Shown: piece after piece, positions 36,689 through 45,966 of the stretch
Layout of the letters: the number at the start of each line of letters is the position of its first letter
How positions within the stretch are numbered: position 1 is the first letter of the stretch
Assembly (NCBI GenBank): GCA_965228855.1
Contig: CBDDIJ010000003.1
Span: 480,001-544,000, forward strand
DNA: 64,000 nt
Source: Candidatus Obscuribacterales bacterium
GTDB taxonomy: Bacteria > Cyanobacteriota > Vampirovibrionia > Obscuribacterales > Obscuribacteraceae
Direction: 5' to 3'
Translations under genes and position numbers: made by a program
Notes under the pieces: generated by a model
Databases searched by the model: none
Told to the model about the DNA's origin: nothing
What the model saw: only the letters and a program-made list of their open reading frames with translations

Positions 36689-36790
36689 GCGTGGCGAGAA
36701 ACCTCTGCCAGCTTATTGGGTTCGCAAACCTGAACCCTCGGTGGTGGAGTACCGTCGGGTTCGGTTGCGAACGTGCCACGCCCGATTATA
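36689..36790 (-). promoter_or_regulatory. TATAAT -10 box plus structured 5' leader upstream of ribokinase (candidate cis-regulatory RNA)
   Basis: Minus-strand TATAAT at 36790-36785, closing stem GCGTGGC/GCCACGC and a long internal hairpin at 36720-36772. Confidence 0.45.
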
Positions 36791-36823
36791 TTCGCTTGAC
36801 TTCGCCTCCGGTTTCGAACATGC

Positions 36824-37054
36824 GTTGCGGAAACTCGTTAAGCTCGTTCCGCTAATAGGTGAATCAATTTGTTGCGTTTCCAGCTTCGCAAAAACGAGAT
36901 TTGGCTCTAAGTGTACGTCGGTGCTTGCTTTTCAGCATTTCCCTTGTGGAGGGAACCTCCTTAAGAAGTTATGCGCACCTACGAGTCCTGTTACCTCAGC
37001 AACCAATGAGTGCTTCTTTGCTTGGTAGCCTTCGCTCTGCACGACGATTCGCTG
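36824..37054. repeat. Copy 1 of a ~230-bp non-coding repeated element (candidate structured RNA)
   Basis: Hand alignment to 39115-39346 gives about 30 differences (~87% identity), same orientation. Confidence 0.9.
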
Positions 37055-37104
37055 GTCTGTATAATTGCTTCCTTTGCCGCTACGATTCAATCCAGGTGAC
37101 ATCC

Positions 37105-38100
37105 ATGCCAAAGATAATCAAACTCCACGCGCTTGGCGGAGTTGAAGAACTAAGAGTCGAGGATGTGGAACCTCAAGAGCCCGGTCCGGGAGAAGTTCGC
37201 ATCAAGGTGAAAGCGATTGGTTTAAATCGAGCAGAGGTTTTATTCCGCCAGGGGATGTATCTGGAGATGCCTAAGCTGCCGTCGCGAATCGGATACGAGG
37301 CGTCAGGGTACGTCGACAAGGTTGGCTCCGGCGTGAGCGAATTCAAGGTCGGCGAGTATGTCAGCACCATCCCTGCGTTTGCAATGAGTCAATATGGCGT
37401 TTATGGTGAGGAAGCTGTAGTCCCAGCAAGAGCTCTATCACACGTTCCAGCCAGCTTGACACCGGCTGAGGCAGCGAGCGTCTGGATGCAGTATCTCACC
37501 GCAGGCGGTGCTCTCATTGAGATCGGCAAATTACAACATGGTCAGTTCGTGGTGGTCACCGCAGGCAGTAGCAGTGTCGGTCTAGCGGCGATTCAAGTTA
37601 TTAAAGACGCTGGTGCCATCTCTATTTTGACGACTCGGACAACGAAGAAAAAACAAGCTCTTCTCGATGCCGGTGCGGACCACGTGATTGTGACTGATGA
37701 TGAGAAACTGTCCGAGCGTGTAATGCAAATCACCAATGAAAAAGGTGCCGACATCATCTTCGACTCAGTTGCCGGAGGGCTAATAACCGAACTTGCGAAG
37801 TGCGCGAAGCTCGAAGCGCAGATAATCATCTACGGTGCGTTGAGCCTGGAAACAACTCCATTGCCGTTTAAGCTCGCGTTGAAAAAAGGCCTTATCATTC
37901 GAGGCTATACGATGCATCTAGTGACCGATGACGATGACCGCTACGCGCGCATGCGAAAGTACATCACTGACCGCCTGGAGAGTGGTGTGTTTAAACCGGT
38001 GGTCGATTCCAAACTCTTTGATCTGGAGCACCTCGGAGAATCGCATACATACATGGAGTCAAATCAACAACTCGGTAAGGTCGTGGTGCAAGTGAGCTAG
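37105..38100 (+). CDS. NADPH:quinone oxidoreductase / zeta-crystallin-like MDR family protein
   Basis: PGPGEVRIKVKAIGLNRAE, IGYEASG, TAGSSSVGLAAIQ and MESNQQLGKVVV. AGGTG RBS before ATG 37105; TATAAT at 37060. Confidence 0.92.
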   Translation: MPKIIKLHALGGVEELRVEDVEPQEPGPGEVRIKVKAIGLNRAEVLFRQGMYLEMPKLPSRIGYEASGYVDKVGSGVSEFKVGEYVSTIPAFAMSQYGVYGEEAVVPARALSHVPASLTPAEAASVWMQYLTAGGALIEIGKLQHGQFVVVTAGSSSVGLAAIQVIKDAGAISILTTRTTKKKQALLDAGADHVIVTDDEKLSERVMQITNEKGADIIFDSVAGGLITELAKCAKLEAQIIIYGALSLETTPLPFKLALKKGLIIRGYTMHLVTDDDDRYARMRKYITDRLESGVFKPVVDSKLFDLEHLGESHTYMESNQQLGKVVVQVS

Positions 38101-38211
38101 TAGAATGTCCTTCAAAAAATGGGAGATTCCCTTTCGCACAGCTTAGCGTGAAATCACCCTTGCCGACCAAGCTCCTACGTGATGAAATTGGTGTTACGAG
38201 AGGACTGAAAC

Positions 38212-38949
38212 ATGCATGCGAGACACCCGGTCGTTTTAATCTTGGTTGTTCTGAGCACTCTGTATTTGGTGGATCTATTCGTTGGCAGATTGTTGTTTAT
38301 CGATGAAGAACCAAAATCTTTTTTGCACGTGGCACAGGCAGGAGTCGAGTGTTCGGAGTGCAAGTCCATGTACGAGATACTTCCTAGGAACACGGCGTTT
38401 ACTAGATTTTCCGATTGCTTTCACTCGGTAAGTTGTTGTGGCTACGGACGTAAGCGCTTCTATCGTTTTCCTGCTTTTAGCGACGGAATCGAGCGAGTCA
38501 AAAGGGCGATAAAACTTAGAAGAGCAGCCGCGCGTTCTGCGTCCTTGAGCGATTATTCAGAGTTTCTCATTGAGAAACCCTTCAAGGGACTTACCTTTGA
38601 ACAAACGATAGACATGCTCGGTTGTCCCAGTGTACTCGGCAAGCAGTCATTGTTGAAGGACGCTGATATGACGGTGCCGTTCGATGCCTATAATCTTTCT
38701 CTCTTCTTCGACGATGGAATTTGTTTAGGCGCAATTCAATGGAAACCTTCCACTGCCGGAAAGAATCTCTGGGAGCCTAAATCTGCTAAAGACTTCGATT
38801 TGACAGCTGTATTTGAACCTCCGCCGGGCTCAGAGTTAGCGGGTCGGCTGCTACCGTCAACAAATTTCAGCAAGATGGCGAGTTCGGGTAAACCCCTCAG
38901 ACTTGAAGAGATTCCAGTTTTGACCAAGCCATATCACAATCACGAGTAA
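38212..38949 (+). CDS. Hypothetical protein with N-terminal TM anchor
   Basis: 245-aa ORF with GAGG RBS, hydrophobic N-terminus and several Cys residues. Confidence 0.6.
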   Translation: MHARHPVVLILVVLSTLYLVDLFVGRLLFIDEEPKSFLHVAQAGVECSECKSMYEILPRNTAFTRFSDCFHSVSCCGYGRKRFYRFPAFSDGIERVKRAIKLRRAAARSASLSDYSEFLIEKPFKGLTFEQTIDMLGCPSVLGKQSLLKDADMTVPFDAYNLSLFFDDGICLGAIQWKPSTAGKNLWEPKSAKDFDLTAVFEPPPGSELAGRLLPSTNFSKMASSGKPLRLEEIPVLTKPYHNHE

Positions 38950-39114
38950 GTGTCGGCTTTGAACACCATATATGGTGCTTCGCGGAGCTCTTATGAATAC
39001 ACCATCGTAGACGGGCTAATTGAACGCATGGATTTGGAAAGCCCAGACTCAGACTCTGTGAGCCGCTCTGAAGCATTCTCAAAAGATTAATGACGTTCCG
39101 CACATGGGTCAGGT

Positions 39115-39346
39115 GTTGCAGACACTCGTTAAGATCCTTCCCCTATTAGGTGAATGTATTTGTTGCGTTTCCAGCTTCGTAAATGCGAAAATTTGCTCTA
39201 AGCGTCCGTCAGTGTTTGCTTTTCGGCATTTCCCTTGTGGAGGGAACCACCTTAAGATGTTGCGCGCACCTACGACTCCTGTTACTTCAGCAACTAATGG
39301 GTGCTTGTTTTGCTTGGTAGCCTTCGCTCTGCACGATGATTCGCTG
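39115..39346. repeat. Copy 2 of the ~230-bp non-coding repeated element
   Basis: ~87% identical to 36824-37054. Long imperfect stem between GGGTCAGGTGTTGCAGACACTCGTTAAG and CTTAAGATGTTGCGCGCACCTACGACTC. Confidence 0.9.
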
Positions 39347-39507
39347 TCTCCGTAAATTTTTGGTTTCGGGTGCTTTTGTGCGCGACACGCAAGAGCTTCG
39401 GTGATGGGTGACTTAAGTCATATGATTTTATGACGTGACGCAGATGCGACGTTGTCTAGGTTTCGCCATACTGCTAGAAGATTTCTTCGTTTGCAGGATG
39501 GCTAAAG

Positions 39508-40047
39508 ATGACGATTTTTATTGACGTCGTTTCTAGATTACTAGTTCATGGTATCACTGTTGGTGCCTCGATTCTTGGAGCTGCTCATGTGCTTAGCTGT
39601 TTCAACGCGCCAATCAGGCAAGATAATAACGGTGAGGCATTTCTTCAAATACTTGCTCGCTATCACATGCGGGTTGAATGTCACGCGCCGTGTGGAAACG
39701 ACTGGGGCTACGATTATTTTGCTCAATCCGCGCCTTTCCAGATTATCGCTATGATTGTTTGCACCGCGGTGATTTATCTTGGTCTCTCGCTAATAGTTGG
39801 AATTCTTCCAGGTCGCGACGAGTCTTATTTGAGGTTTTTCATGCGCAGACTGTTGGTCGTTTTCGTCGTTGCCGGCACGGCAGTAAGTGGTATCTACTCA
39901 TGTGTTAGCGCAGCCGTGGACAGGGCGCAGTTCAAATATAATTACGGACTTAACGCATCGCCATCAGTAGCGAACGTATTAACCATAACAGAAGACGTCG
40001 TGCGCGATGGGATGACTGGCTATTCGCCTTCGGTCGGATCGAAATAG
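39508..40047 (+). CDS. Hypothetical membrane protein (3 TM)
   Basis: 179-aa ORF with three hydrophobic segments; its 3' end overlaps the convergent gene. Confidence 0.55.
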   Translation: MTIFIDVVSRLLVHGITVGASILGAAHVLSCFNAPIRQDNNGEAFLQILARYHMRVECHAPCGNDWGYDYFAQSAPFQIIAMIVCTAVIYLGLSLIVGILPGRDESYLRFFMRRLLVVFVVAGTAVSGIYSCVSAAVDRAQFKYNYGLNASPSVANVLTITEDVVRDGMTGYSPSVGSK

Positions 40048-41162
40048 GCGCGGTCCGTGCTGGTTTCATCGACTTGAAAAATGGCGAAACGGTTTCCGCT
40101 TGGATCCTCGAAGCTGTAGGCTTCACCGTTTGGAGTACCGAATGGCCCAGCTACAGGTTTCCATCCGCGAGCAGTCAGGTCGCGAGCACAACTCGACAGA
40201 TCAGACACTCGAAAGACAGGCTGGCAACTCGGCGCTTGACGCGAGTCCGAGAGTAGAATGAGCGGACCTGCCGAGAGGCTGAAAGCTGTGATTTTGGAGC
40301 CGAAGCGATCGAATTTCCACACCTCTTGCGCACCAAGCACTTCGCGGTAATATGTCAGATCACGTTCATAGTCCGACGTTCCCATGTACAGGTACTCGAC
40401 GGAGAGGAACGGTAGTGCGGTATCAATCGCAGTGGCAGAGCTTTGTATTCGGGTCTGGTCACCGGCGGCGGCGATCTTTGCTGCGTGCGCATCGACCGAG
40501 AATGGTTCAATCTCCCGAGTATCGACACCGATTAGGCGAGACGGACGGGATGCGGGTGCTGTTGGTGCAGAAGAAGCAGCTGGCGATGAGGGAGCAAAAT
40601 TACTTTGCGCGGCGGATAGCGATCGATCTTGCCCAGTTGAGGTGCTCGGGATGTTGGAGCCAGTATTGGTGGCGCTGGAATTTTCGCCGGAGGAGTTGTG
40701 ATTTGAAGAGCCGGCACCGATAATCGTGCCTCCTTGACCTGGCGCCCCGCTACCAGTACCGCTGGTACCTGGCGCACCAATAATGGTGCCGGAGGAAGCT
40801 GGTGCTCCGATGATCGTTCCTCCGGATGGGCGCGCCGGAGCTGCTGGACTCACAGAAGCTCCGTCTGCTTTCGCCCCTTCAAGCTTCATTCTGCGTCGGT
40901 CTTCCATGCTGATTTCCAGCATTACCGCGCATGTTCTTTGTTTAAACTCGAAGGCTTCGGTCGATAAACCCTTTTCCTCGATCGCCTTGGCGAGATTCTG
41001 AAGTTCGCCTGCAATCTCTTTCTGATTTTTATTGCAGAGAATAGTGATGGTTTGCACTATGTCGCGATAGAGTTCGTTTGACCGCGCTGCATCTGAAGTC
41101 GCGATCGCTTCGTTCGCTTTTGCGAGGAGCTCTGCTCTTTGCGTGTCGTCTACAAATGGCAT
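40020..41162 (-). CDS. Protein with helical N-domain, low-complexity linker and C-terminal VOC/glyoxalase-like domain
   Basis: TSDYERDLTYYREVLG..., FRVSDL...L.ARGW...GPFGTPNG..YSFEDPSGNRFAI. Confidence 0.78.
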   Translation of the reverse strand: MPFVDDTQRAELLAKANEAIATSDAARSNELYRDIVQTITILCNKNQKEIAGELQNLAKAIEEKGLSTEAFEFKQRTCAVMLEISMEDRRRMKLEGAKADGASVSPAAPARPSGGTIIGAPASSGTIIGAPGTSGTGSGAPGQGGTIIGAGSSNHNSSGENSSATNTGSNIPSTSTGQDRSLSAAQSNFAPSSPAASSAPTAPASRPSRLIGVDTREIEPFSVDAHAAKIAAAGDQTRIQSSATAIDTALPFLSVEYLYMGTSDYERDLTYYREVLGAQEVWKFDRFGSKITAFSLSAGPLILLSDSRQAPSCQPVFRVSDLSSCARDLTARGWKPVAGPFGTPNGEAYSFEDPSGNRFAIFQVDETSTDRAYFDPTEGE

Positions 41163-41171
41163 TGGGGTTAC

Positions 41172-43352
41172 CTAACTTTGACCGAGACCGTAGAATCTTC
41201 GACCTTCTTTGTGAAGGTTGCGCAGGAAGTCGCTAATTTCTCTGTGTGGTTCGTACTTTGAATAAATCATTTCGAGTCGCTCAACGACGTAATCAATTCC
41301 GAGGTCGTCCGCATATCGTAGCAGTCCCCCGCGGAATCGAGGGAAGGCGATACCTAGTCCGAGCGCCAGATCTATCTCACGAGCTTTGCGAACGACTTTG
41401 TCTTCCAGGCAGCGCGCCGCTTCATCGATCATTGGAAGGAACAGTCGATCTCTGATAAGAATCGCAGTTTCCTCGTCTGGTTTTTCATCGGATACACAGA
41501 TGCCCGCTTCCGGCATGAATTCGGTGTTCCAGCCCAGCCGCTTACCCGTCTCATCCCAAAGGTAAAGACCGGCATTCGTTCTCTTACCATCGAAGCCGAA
41601 TGGCAAAATGTTGTCGAGCATCAATGGAGGCGTGTAACGCGGACCAAAACTTTCGTATAGCAAACGGCAAACTTTATTGCACAGGTCCCAGCCCAGATCG
41701 TCGAATAGCCAGAACGCTCCGATCGGTAAACCGAAGTTGATTGCCGTGTCATCGATCCAGTTAAGCGGAATTTTTTCGCTTCCCATGCGAGCTGCGTCGT
41801 TGAGGAACATGCAGAGCAAGCGGTTTACCAGAAAGCCCGGGCTATCTTTGACTGGTACTGGAACCTTTCCGAGTTGACTTACAAACCCGACGGCTCGCTT
41901 CAGAACCGCGGCGTCTGTTTTCTCGTGCGTCACAACCTCAACCAGCTCCAGTCGGTCGATTGGGCTAAAGAAGTGCAGTCCGATGACGTTTTCCGGATGA
42001 GTGCTGGATTGAGACATCGTGGAAATCGCAAATGACGATGTGTTGCTTGCAATCAGTGTTGTTGCAGGCACCACCTGTGATACTTCTTGAATAATGTTGT
42101 TTTTGAGATCGAGATCTTCGTAAACCGCTTCTACAATGAGCTGCGCAGGCGAAAACGCATCATAGTTTTCAACCGATTCAATACTCGGTTGCGCTTTACC
42201 TTGATAGTCTAAATTTTCCGTGAAGAGCGTTTCGATACGCTTAGTCAGCAATTCTGCTGCAGCGCTAGCCTTCTCTGCCGAACTACTCTTGAGCAGGATA
42301 TTCATATGTTTCGACGCTGCATTCTCAGCCAGCTCGGCGCCCATTCGACCACTGCCGATCACACCGAGGGTGGTGACACCGCCTGCTTCAAGCGCGCGGC
42401 GTGCGGACTGCACTGCCATCTCCTTCGAGATGTAGAAGTTGATCATGTTCTTGGCGATCGGTGAAACCGCTAGTTCCGCGAAGGCATCGGTCTCATGCTT
42501 CAGCCCTGACTCCAGACCTTCGCTCAAGCCCTTTTCGATCACTTCCATGACTTTCTTCGGGGCGGGATATTGACCACGTGTGCGGACGCGCACGGCTCGA
42601 TCGGTAATCTTGAGGGTGCTGAGTCGTTTCTTGAGTCCACCGTCAGCTTCGTCGGTTTTTGCGTCTTGAGCTGCGCGCTCCTTCACTCTGTCAAAGCCTG
42701 ACTTCAATAAGTCTAGCGCGAGTTTTGAAGCCGTCTCAATTAACTCCTCCTGTCCTACAAGTTTATCGACTATTCCAAGTTCCAAGGCTCGCAGGGCAGA
42801 AACCGGCTCACCTGAGAGGATAATTTCCAGGGCCGGCTTCAAACCGATCAGGCGGGGCAACCGTTGTGTGCCGCCCAAACCGGGCAGTAAGCCTATGTTC
42901 ACTTCCGGTAGCCCAATAAGTGTGTTGGGATTTTTTGTGGCGACGCGCTTATCGCAGCAAAGTATGAGTTCTAAACCAGCGCCGAAACAGATGCCATCAA
43001 CCGCTGCGACGACCGGCACCTGAAGTGCAAGCAGTTTGTTTAGCCCGACATGACCTTTGTCGGTCAGCGCGCGCGCAATGTTCTGGTCCGTGGTCTTTAA
43101 AATCTCGCGTATGTCCGCGCCGGCGATGAACATATTTTCTTTGCCGGACGCGAGGATGAGAGCCTTGATCTGCGGCTCCGTTGCGATGAACTCAAGACCT
43201 TCCGTGAAGCTTCGAATGACTTCCGATGACAGTGAATTGACGCCGGCTCTGCAATCGAGCGAGTAAACGGCGACGCCATCAGGTCTGAGTACCAGTTTTA
43301 AATCGCCCCAGGCACCCAGCACTATATCTTGCTCTTTCACGGCTTGACTCAA
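41172..43352 (-). CDS. fadJ: Fatty-acid beta-oxidation multifunctional enzyme (enoyl-CoA hydratase + 3-hydroxyacyl-CoA dehydrogenase; FadJ/FadB type)
   Basis: FIAGADI, GAGLEL, GLPEV..GLLPGLGGTQRLPRLIG, VIGSGRMG, EAVYEDL, ASNTSS, GLHFFSP and PGFLVNR. Confidence 0.9.
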   Translation of the reverse strand: MSQAVKEQDIVLGAWGDLKLVLRPDGVAVYSLDCRAGVNSLSSEVIRSFTEGLEFIATEPQIKALILASGKENMFIAGADIREILKTTDQNIARALTDKGHVGLNKLLALQVPVVAAVDGICFGAGLELILCCDKRVATKNPNTLIGLPEVNIGLLPGLGGTQRLPRLIGLKPALEIILSGEPVSALRALELGIVDKLVGQEELIETASKLALDLLKSGFDRVKERAAQDAKTDEADGGLKKRLSTLKITDRAVRVRTRGQYPAPKKVMEVIEKGLSEGLESGLKHETDAFAELAVSPIAKNMINFYISKEMAVQSARRALEAGGVTTLGVIGSGRMGAELAENAASKHMNILLKSSSAEKASAAAELLTKRIETLFTENLDYQGKAQPSIESVENYDAFSPAQLIVEAVYEDLDLKNNIIQEVSQVVPATTLIASNTSSFAISTMSQSSTHPENVIGLHFFSPIDRLELVEVVTHEKTDAAVLKRAVGFVSQLGKVPVPVKDSPGFLVNRLLCMFLNDAARMGSEKIPLNWIDDTAINFGLPIGAFWLFDDLGWDLCNKVCRLLYESFGPRYTPPLMLDNILPFGFDGKRTNAGLYLWDETGKRLGWNTEFMPEAGICVSDEKPDEETAILIRDRLFLPMIDEAARCLEDKVVRKAREIDLALGLGIAFPRFRGGLLRYADDLGIDYVVERLEMIYSKYEPHREISDFLRNLHKEGRRFYGLGQS

Positions 43353-43421
43353 TTGGCTCCCCTTGTGGTCTTGCGCAGTTTCGCGGCTTTGGTTGTCTTT
43401 TGTGGACTTGAAGTTTTTGGT

Positions 43422-44414
43422 TCAGTTTTTCGAAAAAGTTGTCAGCGCATAGCCGTAAACAACTTTTTCCGATTGCATCTCTTTCGGCAGCAGGTAAGCG
43501 TTTACAACGGCGTCGTCTGATTCGTCGCAAAGTTGATGCAACTGTTCAAAACCTTGAGTAAAATTTTGATCGACTATCGAGTACGAGCCGAACGGTTTCC
43601 CCTGATGCACGAAACCAAGAATCCGAGAGGGTTTATCGGTAGTGGACACCATTACGCATGCAGTATCGTTCTTCTCTGCAAGTGATGGCATCAAGTCTTT
43701 GATGTATGCCTTCGGATCGCCTGCATCAGCTGTCTGTCCCGCGCCTATTGGCACTCCGAGAAACAATGCGGACATTGCAATAACAACTTCGTCAGGCAAT
43801 TCGTAAACCTGCATCTCTGTGCTTTGCAGCATCAAGTCGTCCATCATCGCTTTCAGAGAGGCTTCCAGCACTTGAGTCTGCGGTTGAGGTTTTCTACCAT
43901 AAATGCAGCCCACGACTCGACCCTTGTACAACAGAGCGGCGGATCTGGAGAGCACCTCGGACGATTCGGCTTTGATACATCCAGTAAGTTCGCTTGCGGC
44001 GAGGTCGGCTAACAGCCGTTTTACATCGAAATCTGCGCTCTTGACCGCGTGGTTCAATTTGCCCGTGAGGCTGGGCATGATGATGTCAACGGCTCTTCTC
44101 AATCTAAAATTTCTTGGATACGAATCCGCCCAGACCGCAAATGCCGTCTCTTGCTCGCTCGGCAAGCCGAACTGCACGCGCTCGGTAGTGCCTATCATGT
44201 AGGCAAAAGTCATAAGCGCACGGTTTCCAGACATGCAGACGAAGGTTGCCGGGACGATCTGCCCGATTTGAAGTTCTTCGCGGCTCGGCAGAAATGCTTC
44301 AAGATCGTAGTTGAGGATCGTTGCGGTGTAGCCGCCCGGCTCCGGTGCTTCGACGCGACAAACCACGCTCTGTCCGGCTTTTAGAGACGAAATATCCTTG
44401 GAATCTTCAGCCAT
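43422..44414 (-). CDS. Hypothetical protein with N-terminal S1/OB-like segment
   Basis: LKAGQSVVCRVEAPEPGGY..AFLPS..LQIGQ resembles an S1-like fold; GAGGGG RBS before ATG 44414. Confidence 0.65.
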   Translation of the reverse strand: MAEDSKDISSLKAGQSVVCRVEAPEPGGYTATILNYDLEAFLPSREELQIGQIVPATFVCMSGNRALMTFAYMIGTTERVQFGLPSEQETAFAVWADSYPRNFRLRRAVDIIMPSLTGKLNHAVKSADFDVKRLLADLAASELTGCIKAESSEVLSRSAALLYKGRVVGCIYGRKPQPQTQVLEASLKAMMDDLMLQSTEMQVYELPDEVVIAMSALFLGVPIGAGQTADAGDPKAYIKDLMPSLAEKNDTACVMVSTTDKPSRILGFVHQGKPFGSYSIVDQNFTQGFEQLHQLCDESDDAVVNAYLLPKEMQSEKVVYGYALTTFSKN

Positions 44415-44564
44415 ACCCCTCCGGGGCAACCAAACGCAAACCAGTATCGAACGGCAATATTAGCATCTTGACATTAGTGCTAAACCTATTCATTGCTTTT
44501 CATAACTGCTACATCCGCAGGCTGTCCGGTCATATAATGCTTCAATACGATCCTGGAATTTATT

Positions 44565-45233
44565 GTGTTTCGCAAATCTTTGGTTAGCTTAGTTGCCATT
44601 CTGTCGCTCTCCGCGGTTGCCTGCGGGACTTCTGCGAGTCCATCGGCCGACACCGCAAATAGGGTGAAAGAAAAGCCGGTTGCAGAGATGACTCCTGAGG
44701 AGAGAGAGCAATCTATTCAGCGACTTTTGAAAGAGATTGAGTCGGTCGCGGAGAAGGCTGACGGAACTTTCGAAGACGGCTGGATTTGCAATCGAAACGC
44801 TCGCGTGTTGAAAACTGGCTATGCGCGTGTTCCTCCATCGGGCAAGGCGAAATTTGCTCTTGAGTATCGAAAAATGATCGAGGCTGCCGGTGAGAACCTG
44901 GCTCTCGACACATCGACATATGTTTCCTACAGCAAACGCTCGGATTTTACTCGAGACTATTGGAAAAACTCGGAGTACGCAAAAGCGTTCGATGCTGAGA
45001 CGAAAAAGAAGAAGGTTCAATGGATTTACGAATCCATGCTGGATGGGGGCGAGTTGTTCTGGAGGGCATATGAAAGCCTGCATCCGGAGCAGGTCAACTC
45101 TGCTGCGGTTTTGGCCCATTACAAAGAGCAGGACATGGTTTTCAACTATTCAGAAGACGACAAAACGCCTGGTACTTTTAGCGAACAGTTTATAAAATGG
45201 GGCGACGAGGGAAAGGCTGCAACTGACAAATGA
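44565..45233 (+). CDS. Putative lipoprotein
   Basis: Signal peptide with lipobox-like AVAC; TATAAT at 44533. Confidence 0.7.
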   Translation: MFRKSLVSLVAILSLSAVACGTSASPSADTANRVKEKPVAEMTPEEREQSIQRLLKEIESVAEKADGTFEDGWICNRNARVLKTGYARVPPSGKAKFALEYRKMIEAAGENLALDTSTYVSYSKRSDFTRDYWKNSEYAKAFDAETKKKKVQWIYESMLDGGELFWRAYESLHPEQVNSAAVLAHYKEQDMVFNYSEDDKTPGTFSEQFIKWGDEGKAATDK

Positions 45234-45913
45234 GCAGAGACGAAGAAGATTTGCGCAGAGAAGCGCTGTTTCAAAAGCGTTTGGCAGAGAGACGATTGGA
45301 ACAGAATCAGTTTCCGTGGAGCACCGGCGGTGGTGACTCAGCTGAATTCGATATTCCGAAGGACGAATCGAAGTTGTTCGCTGATCGGTCAATTGAGGAT
45401 GCCAGCTTATCTGATGACGAGGTCGAGCGGCGGGCCTTGTTGGATTTGACGTCTTACAATTTTTGGACGTTCTACAAGAGACTGAATTATGAAACCCGTC
45501 GAGCGCGAAGATACAAACGCGACCTGACACTGCTTTTAGTATCAGTTGACGGTTTACATGCAATTTCTGAACGCTATGGACTGCAGTGCGAGAACAACGT
45601 TATCCTGAGTTCCGGAAGAATTTTGCTGAGTTCTATAAGAGATGTCGACATCGCTGGTCGATGTCGCGATGACACCTTTGGTGTGATTTTGCCGGAAACA
45701 CCCGTATCTGGCGCCGAGGTGGCGGCGGAACGTTTGCGAACCAAAATGGAAGCGCATACAATCATGCACGGTCTCGATCGAATCTCGATCACCGCCAGCG
45801 TTGGCGGCACCAGCTTGCTGGAGACTGATAAGCAAGCGGATGTTATCGTGGCGCGCGCTATCGAAACTTTGAAGCGTTCAATGGTGCATGGCAACATGGT
45901 CTCGCTCGGTTGA
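45230..45913 (+). CDS. Degenerate GGDEF-domain protein
   Basis: DLTSYN, RARRYKRDLTLLLV, RDVDIAGRCRDDTFGVILPET, AERLR and ITASVG. The GGDEF motif reads RDDTF; ATGA overlap with the upstream gene. Confidence 0.85.
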   Translation: MSRDEEDLRREALFQKRLAERRLEQNQFPWSTGGGDSAEFDIPKDESKLFADRSIEDASLSDDEVERRALLDLTSYNFWTFYKRLNYETRRARRYKRDLTLLLVSVDGLHAISERYGLQCENNVILSSGRILLSSIRDVDIAGRCRDDTFGVILPETPVSGAEVAAERLRTKMEAHTIMHGLDRISITASVGGTSLLETDKQADVIVARAIETLKRSMVHGNMVSLG

Positions 45914-45966
45914 AACAAAAGCGCGTTTCAATTGCTCTCAAGACCTGAACCGATAGCCTGAGCCTC

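Noticed and set aside
36864..36938. Minus-strand MLKSKHRRTLRAK..., reminiscent of a HicA toxin N-terminus
   Set aside because: Only 24 codons, and the second repeat copy has a stop after six codons.
36651..37104. N-terminal extensions of ribokinase (to 36779) and of the oxidoreductase (from 36859) in the ORF track
   Set aside because: Family homology begins at ATG 36650 and ATG 37105, each with a good RBS; the extensions run through structured non-coding sequence.
39104..39355. 83-aa ORF (and the related ORF 36687-37028) as duplicated small proteins
   Set aside because: Differences between the copies are largely non-synonymous, lack codon periodicity and include a frameshifting indel; copy 1 has no equivalent start. 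Better explained as a non-coding repeat.
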